This document shows, in pieces, positions 1 through 8,989 of a stretch of 64,000 bases of DNA (positions are counted from its first letter, which is position 1; each line of letters opens with the position of its first letter). Source of the DNA: an uncultured Chloroflexia bacterium (GTDB lineage: Bacteria > Chloroflexota > Limnocylindria > Limnocylindrales > CSP1-4); contig CAWAHN010000009.1 of assembly GCA_963781845.1 (NCBI GenBank), positions 140,741 through 204,740 of the forward strand. The letters run 5' to 3'. The notes beneath the pieces are model-generated. The model searched no databases, had not been told where the DNA came from, and saw only the letters and a program-made list of their open reading frames with translations. Position numbers and translations under genes: made by a program.

Positions 1-476
1 GGGCGTCGAAGGCCCGCTGGCCTCGCGCGTCGGTGATCATGCTGACGGCGTATGACGACGACGAGACCGTCCTCGAGTCGATCCAGGCCGGCGCGGACGG
101 GTTCCTCGCCAAGACCGCCTCGATCGATGAGATCCTGACCGCGGTCCGGGCGGCCCACGCCGGCGAGACCCTGCTCCCGCCGTCGGTCATCGCCAAGATC
201 GCGATGCGGGTCAAGGTCGCCCGCGAGCAGGGGCCCGACGCCGCTCCGGTCGAGCCCCTGACGACCCGCGAGCTCGAGATCCTCCGCCTGCTCAGCGCCG
301 GCCGGACGACCAAGGAGATCTGCACGGAGCTGGCGATCGCCCCCAACACGCTCCGGACGCACGTCCAGAACATCACGGCGAAGCTGCACGTCCACTCGAA
401 GCTCGAGGCGGTCGTCACGGCCCTCAAGCTGGGACTGGTCGATCCGCCGACGCCCGAGGACCGCCTCTACCCGTAG
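1..476 (+). CDS. NarL/FixJ-type response regulator, 5' end cut by window edge
   Basis: The frame is open from nt 3 to the window edge, so the track start at 33 is an internal GTG. VIMLTAYDDDETVLESIQAGADGFL matches the end of a receiver domain. TTRELEILRLLSAGRTTKEICTELAIAPNTLRTHVQNI is a LuxR-type HTH. Confidence 0.9.
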   Translation, partial: ASKARWPRASVIMLTAYDDDETVLESIQAGADGFLAKTASIDEILTAVRAAHAGETLLPPSVIAKIAMRVKVAREQGPDAAPVEPLTTRELEILRLLSAGRTTKEICTELAIAPNTLRTHVQNITAKLHVHSKLEAVVTALKLGLVDPPTPEDRLYP

Positions 477-485
477 TCTCTCCGG

Positions 486-770
486 TCAGTCGGTCCAGCT
501 GGCGTCGTCCCGGCGCCCACCCGACGAACCACCCGAACGCCGCTGGTGCGCGCGACGATCCGTGGCCCGACGCTCCGCCGTCGGGTCGGGCGGGCCGGGT
601 TCGTCGGGCAGGTTCTGGCGGCGGAGCTGCTCGCGACGCTCCGCTTCGCGTCGTTCGGCGTTGAGGTAGGCGCCGCAGCGTGGGCAGCGGCGCTCCTCGG
701 CGAACAGCGACTCGATCGGTGAGACCGTGTAGATCTGACGGCCGCACGACCAGCAGGCCAGTCTGGGCAT
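486..770 (-). CDS. small zinc-ribbon protein, hypothetical
   Basis: 94-aa ORF with GC3-rich codon usage. It has a CWSC-x19-CPRC spacing followed by an Arg/Glu-rich tail. It lies 37 nt downstream of the trpB2-like gene on the same strand. No family recognised. Confidence 0.45.
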   Translation of the reverse strand: MPRLACWSCGRQIYTVSPIESLFAEERRCPRCGAYLNAERREAERREQLRRQNLPDEPGPPDPTAERRATDRRAHQRRSGGSSGGRRDDASWTD

Positions 771-807
771 GGTTGGATGCTACCCCCGATGCATCGCGTG
801 AGCGCGG

Positions 808-2178
808 TCAGACCTTCGGCAGCCCGGCCAGCGCGGCCTCGACCTTCTCGATCGGGTACTCGTAATCCTCGAGGTTCCCGCTGAGATAGCGCTCGTAGGC
901 CGACAGGTCGAAGTGACCGTGGCCGCACAGGTTGAACAGGATGACCTTGGACTCGCCGGCCGCCTTGGCCTTGAGCGCCTCCTCGATGGCGGTATGGATG
1001 GCGTGCGTCGGCTCGGGCGCGGGCAGGATGCCCTCGGTCCGGGCGAACTGGACGCCGGCCGCGAAGCTGGCCCGCTGGTGGACGCTCCGGGCCTCGATCA
1101 GATCGTGCTCCTTGAGCAGCGAGACCAGGGGCGCCATCCCGTGGTAGCGCAGCCCGCCGGCGTGGATCGGCTCCGGGATGAAGTCGTGGCCGAGGGTATG
1201 CATCTTGACCAGCGGGGTCATCTGGGCGGTGTCGCCGAAGTCGTACGTGTAGACACCCCGGGTCAGGCTGGGGGCCGCCTCGGGCTCGACCGCGATGACC
1301 TGGTACTTCCGCCCGCCACGGAACGTCTGGCCGAGCCAGGGGAACGTCAGCCCGGCGAAATTGGAGCCGCCGCCGGCGCAGCCGATGATGATATCGGGCT
1401 CCTCCCCGGCCATCTCCATCTGGAGGATCGACTCCTGGCCGATGACGGTCTGGTGGAGGAGGACGAAGTCGAAGACCGACCCGAGGGAGTACTTGGTGCC
1501 TGGGTGGGTGACCGTGTCCTCGATGGCCTCGCTGATCGCGATCCCGAGGGAACCCGTGTTGTCGGGCGTCGCGTTGAGCACCTTGCGACCGTACTCGGTC
1601 GCCAGCGACGGGCTGGCGACGACCTCGGCTCCGTATGTCTCCATGAGCATCCGGCGATACGGCTTCTGGTCGTAGCTCGCCCGGACCATGAAGACCTTGA
1701 TCTCGAGACCGAACAGCGCTCCGGCGAACGCGAGGGCGGTCCCCCATTGCCCGGCACCCGTCTCGGTGGCGATCCGGGTGGTGCCCTCCTGCTGGTTGTA
1801 CCAGGCCTGCGGGATGGCGGTGTTCGGCTTGTGGCTGCCCGACGGGCTGCCGCCCTCGTACTTGTAATAGATGTGCGCCGGCGTATCGAGCGCCTTCTCC
1901 AGGCGATGCGCTCGGTAGAGCGGGCTCGGCCGATAGAGTCGGTAGGCCTCGCGGACCGGCTCGGGGATCTCGATCTCGCGATCCTGGCTGACGACCTGGG
2001 CGATCAGCGCCATCGGGAAGAGCGGGGCCAGGTCGCCGGGACCGATCGGCTGCCCGGTCCCGGGATGGAGGACCGGCGCGGGTGCGACCGGCAGGTCGGC
2101 CGCGATGTTGTACCAGCTCTTCGGGATCCGTTCCTCGTCGAGGATGAACTTGGTGCGCCGCGAGCTCGAGTCCGCCAC
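808..2178 (-). CDS. trpB2: TrpB-like PLP enzyme, type 2 tryptophan synthase beta (TrpB2 class)
   Basis: GTG start at 2178 with GGAGG 7 nt upstream. [19 protein letters not shown] is the PLP-lysine region and [11 protein letters not shown] is the phosphate loop. The long N-terminal extension is typical of TrpB2. No other trp genes are nearby. Confidence 0.9.
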   Translation of the reverse strand: MADSSSRRTKFILDEERIPKSWYNIAADLPVAPAPVLHPGTGQPIGPGDLAPLFPMALIAQVVSQDREIEIPEPVREAYRLYRPSPLYRAHRLEKALDTPAHIYYKYEGGSPSGSHKPNTAIPQAWYNQQEGTTRIATETGAGQWGTALAFAGALFGLEIKVFMVRASYDQKPYRRMLMETYGAEVVASPSLATEYGRKVLNATPDNTGSLGIAISEAIEDTVTHPGTKYSLGSVFDFVLLHQTVIGQESILQMEMAGEEPDIIIGCAGGGSNFAGLTFPWLGQTFRGGRKYQVIAVEPEAAPSLTRGVYTYDFGDTAQMTPLVKMHTLGHDFIPEPIHAGGLRYHGMAPLVSLLKEHDLIEARSVHQRASFAAGVQFARTEGILPAPEPTHAIHTAIEEALKAKAAGESKVILFNLCGHGHFDLSAYERYLSGNLEDYEYPIEKVEAALAGLPKV

Positions 2179-2315
2179 GTCCCTGCCTCCGACTGTGTCC
2201 GATCCACCGTCCGGCGGACGGCCGATGATGGGGTCGATCCCTGCGCTGGGCCCCGTGCGCGGAGCGACGGGCTGCCAAGCCTACGCCGGGGCGGAAGGAG
2301 TCCGCAACCCGGGGA

Positions 2316-2429
2316 TCAATGGACGAGCGTCGCGCTGCCGATCACGAGCGCCGCGACGACCAGCACCATGTTGACCACGGCAAGGCCGAGGATGACGCGG
2401 ATGGACTGGCGCGCGCGATCGTCGATCAC
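2316..2429 (-). CDS. possible 37-aa single-TM peptide
   Basis: GTG start preceded by AAGGAG with short spacing. The product VIDDRARQSIRVILGLAVVNMVLVVAALVIGSATLVH has one hydrophobic helix. Weak call. Confidence 0.25.
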   Translation of the reverse strand: MIDDRARQSIRVILGLAVVNMVLVVAALVIGSATLVH

Positions 2430-2527
2430 GGGCTCCTTCCGGGCACGGAAAGGGGCGAGGGTCGGGTGGCCGGACCGGTGAGGTCCGGGGCGGTCGATGC
2501 TAGCAGAGTGCGGTCCGGCCGCGCGGG

Positions 2528-3142
2528 TCAACCTTCGCCGAGCGCCGCCTCGCCGAGCGGGACGTACCGAGCGGGACCGCCCCCGGTGACGCTCTCGAAC
2601 AGGACGACCCGGTCCACGGTCCACCGGGCCTGGAGGGTCTGCGCCGCCTCGATCAGACGCTCGACCGTCTGCGAACCCGACGCGATCCCGTCCGAGCGGG
2701 CGAGGGTGAGGTGCGGCCGGAACGGGCGGGGATCCGCGGGCCAGCCGCGCTCGGCGAGCTCCCGGTCGAGCGACGCGGTGAGGTCCGTGAGCGACGCCAC
2801 GCCGAGACCTAGGCCGAGCCACAGGGCTCGCGGCCGGTCGTGGTTCGGGAACGCACCCGCGCCGTCGATCGCGACGTCGAACGGCGATGCCTCCCGGGCG
2901 GCGGCCTGCATCGCCTCCAGCGCGGCCGGGATCCGGGCCTCAAGGGTCGGACCGATGAAGCGCAGGGTCACGTGCAGGCCGTCGAGCCGGATCCAGCGGA
3001 CCTCGCGCCGGCCCGGGTCCGCCGCCGCGCGGATCGCGTTGACCAGGGATTCGATCGCCTCGCGCACGTCGGGAGCGACGGGTGCGGCGACGAAGATCCG
3101 CCGACCCGGGATCCCGGCGTACGGGTCGCCCCGGCGAGCCAT
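2528..3142 (-). CDS. thpR: RNA 2',3'-cyclic phosphodiesterase (2H family, LigT/ThpR)
   Basis: Two HxTx motifs (HVTLRF and HLTLAR) at the expected spacing. The ATG at 3142 directly abuts the ppa stop codon. Confidence 0.88.
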   Translation of the reverse strand: MARRGDPYAGIPGRRIFVAAPVAPDVREAIESLVNAIRAAADPGRREVRWIRLDGLHVTLRFIGPTLEARIPAALEAMQAAAREASPFDVAIDGAGAFPNHDRPRALWLGLGLGVASLTDLTASLDRELAERGWPADPRPFRPHLTLARSDGIASGSQTVERLIEAAQTLQARWTVDRVVLFESVTGGGPARYVPLGEAALGEG

Positions 3143-3673
3143 TCAGCCGGAGCTGTCCGACGATGCGATCTCGCGGTCCCAGGCATCCCGATCGGCCCGC
3201 AGGATCTCCAGGGCGCGGTCGCGATCGCGCCAGCCGAGCACCTCGACGGTCTTGTCCTCGAGCAGCTTGTACGTCTCGAAGAAGTGCTCGATCTCGACCA
3301 GGCGATGGGGTCGCATCTGCTCGAGCCGATCGATATGAGCCTGGTTCGGGTCGCCCATCGCGACGCACAGGATCTTGTAGTCGGCGCCCTTCTCGTCGCG
3401 CATCTCGAGGACGCCGACCGGACGAGCGAAGACATGGACCCCCGTGAAGGTCGGCTCGTCGATCACCAGCAGCGCATCGGTGTGATCCCCGTCGTCCGCC
3501 CGCGTGCGCTCGATGAACCCGTAATCGAAGTTGTAGAAGACCGCCGAGCTCAGCACGCGATCGAGCCGGAAGACGCCGGCGCGCTCGTCGTACTCGTACT
3601 TGTTGCGGCTCCCGCGGGGGATCTCAACCACGATCTCGACCAGATCGGGGAATGTCGGCAGGGACTCGGGCAT
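3143..3673 (-). CDS. ppa: inorganic pyrophosphatase (family I)
   Basis: ATG at 3673 (plus-strand CAT at 3671-3673), 176 aa. Motifs: EIPRGSRNKYEYD, FYNFDYGFI, DGDHTDAL, KILCV. Confidence 0.95.
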   Translation of the reverse strand: MPESLPTFPDLVEIVVEIPRGSRNKYEYDERAGVFRLDRVLSSAVFYNFDYGFIERTRADDGDHTDALLVIDEPTFTGVHVFARPVGVLEMRDEKGADYKILCVAMGDPNQAHIDRLEQMRPHRLVEIEHFFETYKLLEDKTVEVLGWRDRDRALEILRADRDAWDREIASSDSSG

Positions 3674-3776
3674 GCCCGGAACGATACGCCGAGGCCGGTC
3701 GTTCCGCGCAGACGGCCGGGGCGGCGGCGGTCCGATCGCCCAGCACGACCGGCTCGAGAGCCGCCATAGTCTGCCC

Positions 3777-6236
3777 GTGCGCACCGACCTTCCGATCGGC
3801 ACGGTCACCTTCCTGGTCACCGACGTCGAGGGCTCGACCAGGCTCCTGCGCGATCTGGGGCCGGCAGCCTACGCACAGGCACTCTTCGAGCACCGCCGGA
3901 TCATCCGCGACGCATGCGCCACCCACGGTGGTATCGAGGTCGACACGCAGGGCGACGCCTTCCTGGTGGCGTTCTCCGATGCCACGGATGCGGCCCTCGC
4001 CGCGCGCGACGCCACCGAGCGGCTCGGTCTCGGACCGATCCGGGTGCGGATCGGCCTCCACACCGGGACTCCGCTCCTCGCCGACGAAGGCTACGTCGGC
4101 GAGTCCCTTCACCTGGCGGCACGGATCGCCGCGGCGGCCCACGGCGGCCAGGTGGTGCTGTCCGACGCGACCCGAGCGCTCATCGACAGGCCGCTGGAGC
4201 TGGTGTCCTTGGGCGAGCATCGTCTCAAGGACATCGACGGGCCCGTGGCGGTCTTCCAGCTCGGGAGCGCGGCGTTCCCTCCGCTCCGGACCATCTCGAC
4301 CACGAATCTGCCTCGTCCGGCCAGTAGCTTCGTCGGTCGGGAGCGCGAGCTGGCTGAGACGGTGACCCTCCTTCGCGGGCCCGATCGCGTGATCACGCTG
4401 ACCGGCCCGGGGGGGTCCGGCAAGACGCGGCTTGCGATCGAGGCGGCCCATCGGCTGGTGCCCGCTCGCACGGCCGGCGTCTACTGGGTCGATCTTTCGC
4501 CCCTTCGCGACGGGTCGATCGTGTTGGAGACGATCGCCCGATCCGTCGGAGCCCGGGAGTCGTTGGCCGACCACATCGGTGGACGGGACATCCTGCTCGT
4601 CCTCGACAACGTCGAGCAGGTCCTCGATGCCGCGCCGGAGCTGTCCAGGCTCGTGACGACGTGCCCCCGGCTCACGCTGCTTTTGACCAGTCGTGAGTCG
4701 CTCCGGATCCAGGGCGAGGCTGAGTACCCGGTCCCGCCGCTCACCTCCCTCGACGCCGTCGACCTGTTCTGCGCCAGATCGGACCTGGCGCCGACCGCCG
4801 AGATCGCCGAGCTGTGTCGCCGACTCGACGACCTGCCCCTGGCCGTGGAGCTCGCCGCTGCACGGACGACCGCTCTCAGTCCGAGGCAGATCCTCGAGCG
4901 ACTCGGGCGTAGCCTCGACTTCTTGCGCGGCGGTCCCGACCGGGATCCGCGCCAGCAGACCATCCGGGCCACGATCGAGTGGTCCCACGACCTTCTCGCC
5001 ATCGACGAGCAGATCCTGTTCCGCCGCCTCGCGGTCTTCGCCGGCGGCTGCCGACTGGGGGCAGCCGAGGCGATCGCTTCGGCAGACATCGACGTCCTCC
5101 AGTCGCTCGTCGAGAAGAGTCTGGTCCGCCATTCGGCGGATCGCTACCGGATGCTGGAGACGATCCGGGAGTACGCCGACGAGCGACTCCTCGACTCGGA
5201 GGAAGCGGTCGACGTCCGACGTCGGCATGGCCGCTGGTTCCTCGAGCTCGTCGAACGGGCCGAGCCTGAGCTCGAAGGTGGTGACCAGGACGACTGGCTC
5301 GATCGTCTGACCGAGGAGCACGACAACATCCGGGCGACGCTCACACGCGCCGACGCCGACGTCCGACTCCGGTTGAGTGGGGCGATGGCGACGTTCTGGT
5401 GGGTCCGGGGCCATTGGACCGAGGGCCGCCAGCACCTCGAGCGAGCGCTCGCGCAGCCCGGCGTCCAGGACCCGGCCGATCGGGCCAAGGCGCTCGAGGG
5501 GGCGGCGCACCTGGCGGTGAGGCAGCTCGACAACGACCATGCCCGCGTGCTCGCCGAGGAGAGTCTCGAGCTGCGTCGCGGCCTGGGGGATGAGAGCGGG
5601 ATCGCTCGCTCGCTGCGCGTCCTCGGTCTTGTCGCCACCTCGGTCGGTGACGAGCCGGGCTTCCGCCGTCTGACCGAAGCGAGCGCCGAGCACGCCCGCA
5701 TCGCCGGTGACGGTTGGGCCCTGTCGATGGCCCTCAATAACCTCGGATACATGGCGCTCGTCGCGGGCGATCCGCGGCCCGCACAGGATTGGTTCGTCCA
5801 AGCGATCGAGCTGGCCAGCTCACGAGGGGACCATCGGAGCGAGTCGTTCTTCCGGGAGAACCTCGGTTTCGCCCGACTCGAGCAGGGGGAGACCGACGAC
5901 GCCCACCGGGAGTTCGTCACCAGCCTGCGCCTGGCACGTCGACTCGGGTTCATCGAGGTCGCGGCGACCGACCTGATCGGGCTAGCCGCCGTCGCGTCGT
6001 CCGCCGGAGACCCGGCGGACGGGGGACGCCTGATCGGAGGAGCCGAGCGACTGCTCGAGGAGACCGGCGGTCAGTGGGACGTCGTCGAAGCCGGCGTCCT
6101 CGCCCGCACGATCATCGACCTTGAGCGTGCCCTCGGCAGCGACGTACTCGCGGCCGCGATCGAGGACGGTCGTCGCCTCGATCCAGAGACGATCCTCAGC
6201 GCGGAGTTCGCGGAGGACACGCCTCAGTCGTTGTAG
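3777..6236 (+). CDS. class III adenylate/guanylate cyclase fused to NB-ARC-type STAND ATPase and TPR array
   Basis: Cyclase motifs: TVTFLVTDVEGST, QGDAFLVAF, RIGLHTG. Walker A is LTGPGGSGKTR and Walker B is ILLVLDNVEQ. The C-terminal ~350 aa are helical TPR-like repeats. The GTG at 3777 is preferred because the upstream ATG at 3672 overlaps the divergent ppa start codon. Confidence 0.85.
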   Translation: MRTDLPIGTVTFLVTDVEGSTRLLRDLGPAAYAQALFEHRRIIRDACATHGGIEVDTQGDAFLVAFSDATDAALAARDATERLGLGPIRVRIGLHTGTPLLADEGYVGESLHLAARIAAAAHGGQVVLSDATRALIDRPLELVSLGEHRLKDIDGPVAVFQLGSAAFPPLRTISTTNLPRPASSFVGRERELAETVTLLRGPDRVITLTGPGGSGKTRLAIEAAHRLVPARTAGVYWVDLSPLRDGSIVLETIARSVGARESLADHIGGRDILLVLDNVEQVLDAAPELSRLVTTCPRLTLLLTSRESLRIQGEAEYPVPPLTSLDAVDLFCARSDLAPTAEIAELCRRLDDLPLAVELAAARTTALSPRQILERLGRSLDFLRGGPDRDPRQQTIRATIEWSHDLLAIDEQILFRRLAVFAGGCRLGAAEAIASADIDVLQSLVEKSLVRHSADRYRMLETIREYADERLLDSEEAVDVRRRHGRWFLELVERAEPELEGGDQDDWLDRLTEEHDNIRATLTRADADVRLRLSGAMATFWWVRGHWTEGRQHLERALAQPGVQDPADRAKALEGAAHLAVRQLDNDHARVLAEESLELRRGLGDESGIARSLRVLGLVATSVGDEPGFRRLTEASAEHARIAGDGWALSMALNNLGYMALVAGDPRPAQDWFVQAIELASSRGDHRSESFFRENLGFARLEQGETDDAHREFVTSLRLARRLGFIEVAATDLIGLAAVASSAGDPADGGRLIGGAERLLEETGGQWDVVEAGVLARTIIDLERALGSDVLAAAIEDGRRLDPETILSAEFAEDTPQSL

Positions 6237-7348
6237 AGGCGCTCCTCGATCAGCTTCTCCTGGACCGTCCGCCCGTTGGGGTCGAAGCAGGAGAACTCGA
6301 AGTGCTTCTCGAACTCGACGTCGACGTTGTCCTGGCCGCCGCGGTTCTTCTCGACCGAGACCACGACCCAGTCGCGGAAGCGCTGCGCCTGGTACGGGTT
6401 GAACTCGATGTTGACCTTGGCCACGATCTGGTACTTCTCGTTGAGGATCAGGATGATGTCCGCTTCGTAGTTGATGGCGGACGACCCGCGCAGGTGGTGG
6501 TTGCGCAGCCGGGCTGCCTTGAGGCCCTCCTTGTCCGCCGCGACGATCGAGATCATCGGGACGTCCTCGGACAGCGCGACGTCCTTGAGGCCGTTGACGA
6601 CGTAGGTCACCTTCTCGGACTCGGTCGGCGGCTCCGGGTAGACGGGTACCTTCTGCATGTAGTCGACGACGACCAGTAGGCGCCGATCTCCCGACAGCTC
6701 ACGGTGCTGCTGGACGAGCTTGCGGATGTTGTCGACCGTGCTCGCCGTCTGCGTCCCGCGGACGAGGAAGAGGCTCTGTCCGTAGCGGGCGATCCGGTCG
6801 AGGGACGGCCGGAGACGCGGGTTGTTGGTGAGCTGCGCGGCGCCCTGGCCCTCGGCGACCCACGATCCCAGGATCTCCTTGCGGACGTCCTGGATCTTGA
6901 TGGCACCGGTCTTGTGCGGCAGGTGCGCGAGCGCGGACTCCATCGCGATGAGTCGGTTGAGGAGGTACTGCTCCTCGTGCTCGAAGCAGATGTACAGGAC
7001 GTTGGCCTGACCGCCCGAGGCGACGTTGCGCGCCATCTGGAGGGCCATCGTCGTCTTGCCGGTGCCCTGCGCACCGCCGATCAGGAGCAGCTCACCGGCA
7101 CGGAGGCCGGTCCCGATCGTCTTGTCGAGCGGCGTGAACCCGAGCGGAACGGGCTGGTATTCCCCGACCTTGCCGCTGGTCACCTTGTCGTTGAGGTCGA
7201 CGAGCACGTCGAGCGCCGAGCGCGGGCTCATGCTGCCGTTCGGGGTATCCAGCCGCCAGGTCCCCTTGGGCGCCGCGGCGGTCCCGGCGGGTGCAGCAGC
7301 AGCTCCGGCGGGAGCGGCGGCGGTCGTGTCGGCTGCCTCGGTGGTCAT
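6224..7348 (-). CDS. DnaB-helicase C-terminal-domain-only (RecA-fold) ATPase with Ala/Thr-rich N-terminal tail
   Basis: ATG at 7348 (MTTEAADTT). LGFTPLDKTIGTGLRAGELLLIGGAQGTGKTTMALQMA matches the DnaB H1/Walker A region, LLVVVDYMQKV matches H2/Walker B, and LRGSSAINYEADIILIL matches H4. There is no DnaB N-terminal domain. GC is lower than in neighbouring genes. Confidence 0.8.
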   Translation of the reverse strand: MTTEAADTTAAAPAGAAAAPAGTAAAPKGTWRLDTPNGSMSPRSALDVLVDLNDKVTSGKVGEYQPVPLGFTPLDKTIGTGLRAGELLLIGGAQGTGKTTMALQMARNVASGGQANVLYICFEHEEQYLLNRLIAMESALAHLPHKTGAIKIQDVRKEILGSWVAEGQGAAQLTNNPRLRPSLDRIARYGQSLFLVRGTQTASTVDNIRKLVQQHRELSGDRRLLVVVDYMQKVPVYPEPPTESEKVTYVVNGLKDVALSEDVPMISIVAADKEGLKAARLRNHHLRGSSAINYEADIILILNEKYQIVAKVNIEFNPYQAQRFRDWVVVSVEKNRGGQDNVDVEFEKHFEFSCFDPNGRTVQEKLIEERLYND

Positions 7349-7448
7349 CGAGTCGTGGTCCTCTAGGGGATGCCTTTGCCGGGACTCTAGCACCGGGTCC
7401 GGACGGCAACACCCGACCATTCATCACATAACCACCCACCCAAAAGGG

Positions 7449-8834
7449 CTATGGCGCGCTTGCGGCGAACCCGTCGAAGACGCGGATCACGGCGCGGATC
7501 CCCGCCTCGAAGTTGTCGAGGTCCATCCATTCGTTCGGGGCGTGGAAGTTCCCATCGGGGGGCATGAATCCCATCAGCACGACCGGCAGACCGAGCGCCT
7601 GTTCGAATGTCGCGACGAACGGGATCGATCCGCCCTCGCGGATATAGAGCGGCGGACGACCGAACGTGTCCTCGAGCGCCTTCGCCGCCGCGGCGACGGC
7701 CCAGTGGTCCCTCGACGATCGGATCGGGTGTCCGCCGCCCTGCGGCTCGACCCGCACCCGGACCCCGGGCGGAGCGATCTCCTCGATGAACGCCTTCAGC
7801 TCCTCGAGGATCCGGGCCGGGTCCTGGTCGGGGACGAGCCGGCACGTGACCTTCGCGCCGGCACGGCCGGGGATGATCGTCTTGCCTCCCTCGCCCTGAT
7901 AGCCGCCCCAGATCCCGTTGATGTCGAGGGTCGGGCGCCCGCTCTTCCGTTCGAGCGTCGTATAGCCGGCCTCGCCGACCAGCTCCGGCACACCAAGGAA
8001 CTCGCGGTAGGCGTCATCGTCGAATGGGAGCGCGGCATACGCGGCGCGGTCGGCGTCGGTGAGCGGGACCACGTCATCGTAGAAGCCCGGGATCCGGATC
8101 CGGCCATCGGGCCCCTTGAGCGCCGCGATGATCGTGGCGAGGGCGTTGACCGGATTGGCGATCGCGCCGCCGTAGACGCCTGAGTGGACGTCCTGGAACG
8201 GTCCGGTCACGGTGATCTCGGCGGACATGATCCCGCGCAGGGCGATCGTCAGCGCCGGCAGATTGCCCTCGAAGAACCCGACGTCGCTGACGATCGCGAC
8301 ATCGCCGCGCAGCCGCTCGCGATTGGCGGCGAGCCACCCCTCGAGGTGCTCGGATCCCGCCTCTTCCTCGCCCTCGAACACGAACCTGAGATTGACCGGT
8401 AGTCGACCCCGGGTCGCCAGGAGCGCCTGGACGGCTTCGATGAAGATCGAGATGTTGCTCTTGTCGTCACTCGCGCCGCGGGCCAGGATGCGATGCCCGA
8501 CGACGGCTGGCTCGAACGGCGGCGACGACCATTCGGCTAGCGGGTCCGGCGGCTGGACGTCGTAGTGCCCGTAGACGACGACGGTGGGTGCGCCGGCCGC
8601 GGCGAGCCAGTCGGCGTAGACCATCGGGTGGCCCCCGGTCTCCGACACGTCCACGTGATCGAGACCGGCGGTCCGCAGCCGCTCGCCGAGCCACTCGGCG
8701 GCGCGATGGACGTCGGCCGCGAAGGCCGGATCGGCCGACACGCTCGGGATCCGGAGGAAGTCGCTGAACGTAGCGATCCGCCGCTCGCGGCCCGCGGCCA
8801 GGTAGGACTCGACGGGGGTCTCGATCTCAGCCAT
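7449..8834 (-). CDS. M20-family dipeptidase
   Basis: ATG at 8834 with GGAGG 5 nt upstream, 461 aa. Motifs: YGHYDVQP, RGASDDK, FEGEEEAGS, NFHAPNEW. The longer 713-aa track ORF runs into ftsH and is rejected. Confidence 0.9.
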   Translation of the reverse strand: MAEIETPVESYLAAGRERRIATFSDFLRIPSVSADPAFAADVHRAAEWLGERLRTAGLDHVDVSETGGHPMVYADWLAAAGAPTVVVYGHYDVQPPDPLAEWSSPPFEPAVVGHRILARGASDDKSNISIFIEAVQALLATRGRLPVNLRFVFEGEEEAGSEHLEGWLAANRERLRGDVAIVSDVGFFEGNLPALTIALRGIMSAEITVTGPFQDVHSGVYGGAIANPVNALATIIAALKGPDGRIRIPGFYDDVVPLTDADRAAYAALPFDDDAYREFLGVPELVGEAGYTTLERKSGRPTLDINGIWGGYQGEGGKTIIPGRAGAKVTCRLVPDQDPARILEELKAFIEEIAPPGVRVRVEPQGGGHPIRSSRDHWAVAAAAKALEDTFGRPPLYIREGGSIPFVATFEQALGLPVVLMGFMPPDGNFHAPNEWMDLDNFEAGIRAVIRVFDGFAASAP

Positions 8835-8931
8835 GCGTCCTCCAAGGGATCCGATCGGTGCCAGCCGATCGTAGCGGCGCGACGAGGGCGGCGTGCCGGG
8901 GTCCGCGCGAGGGTCCCGGCCTCCCGGAATC

Positions 8932-8959
8932 GACGAACGGGCCGCGTGGCCCGTTCGTC
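8932..8959 (-). terminator. stem-loop downstream of ftsH
   Basis: Perfect 12-bp inverted repeat GACGAACGGGCC-gcgt-GGCCCGTTCGTC, 31 nt past the ftsH stop. There is no U tract, which is common in high-GC genomes. Confidence 0.45.
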
Positions 8960-8989
8960 CGGTGTCTGGTGGACCGTTCCCCGCGATCC

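Noticed and set aside
3672-3776. ATG at 3672 as the start of the cyclase-STAND gene
   Set aside because: It shares the CATG tetranucleotide with the divergent ppa start codon, so the two 5' ends would overlap. It also adds a non-conserved Arg/Gly-rich extension. The GTG at 3777 gives the usual short N-terminus before TVTFLVTDVEGST.
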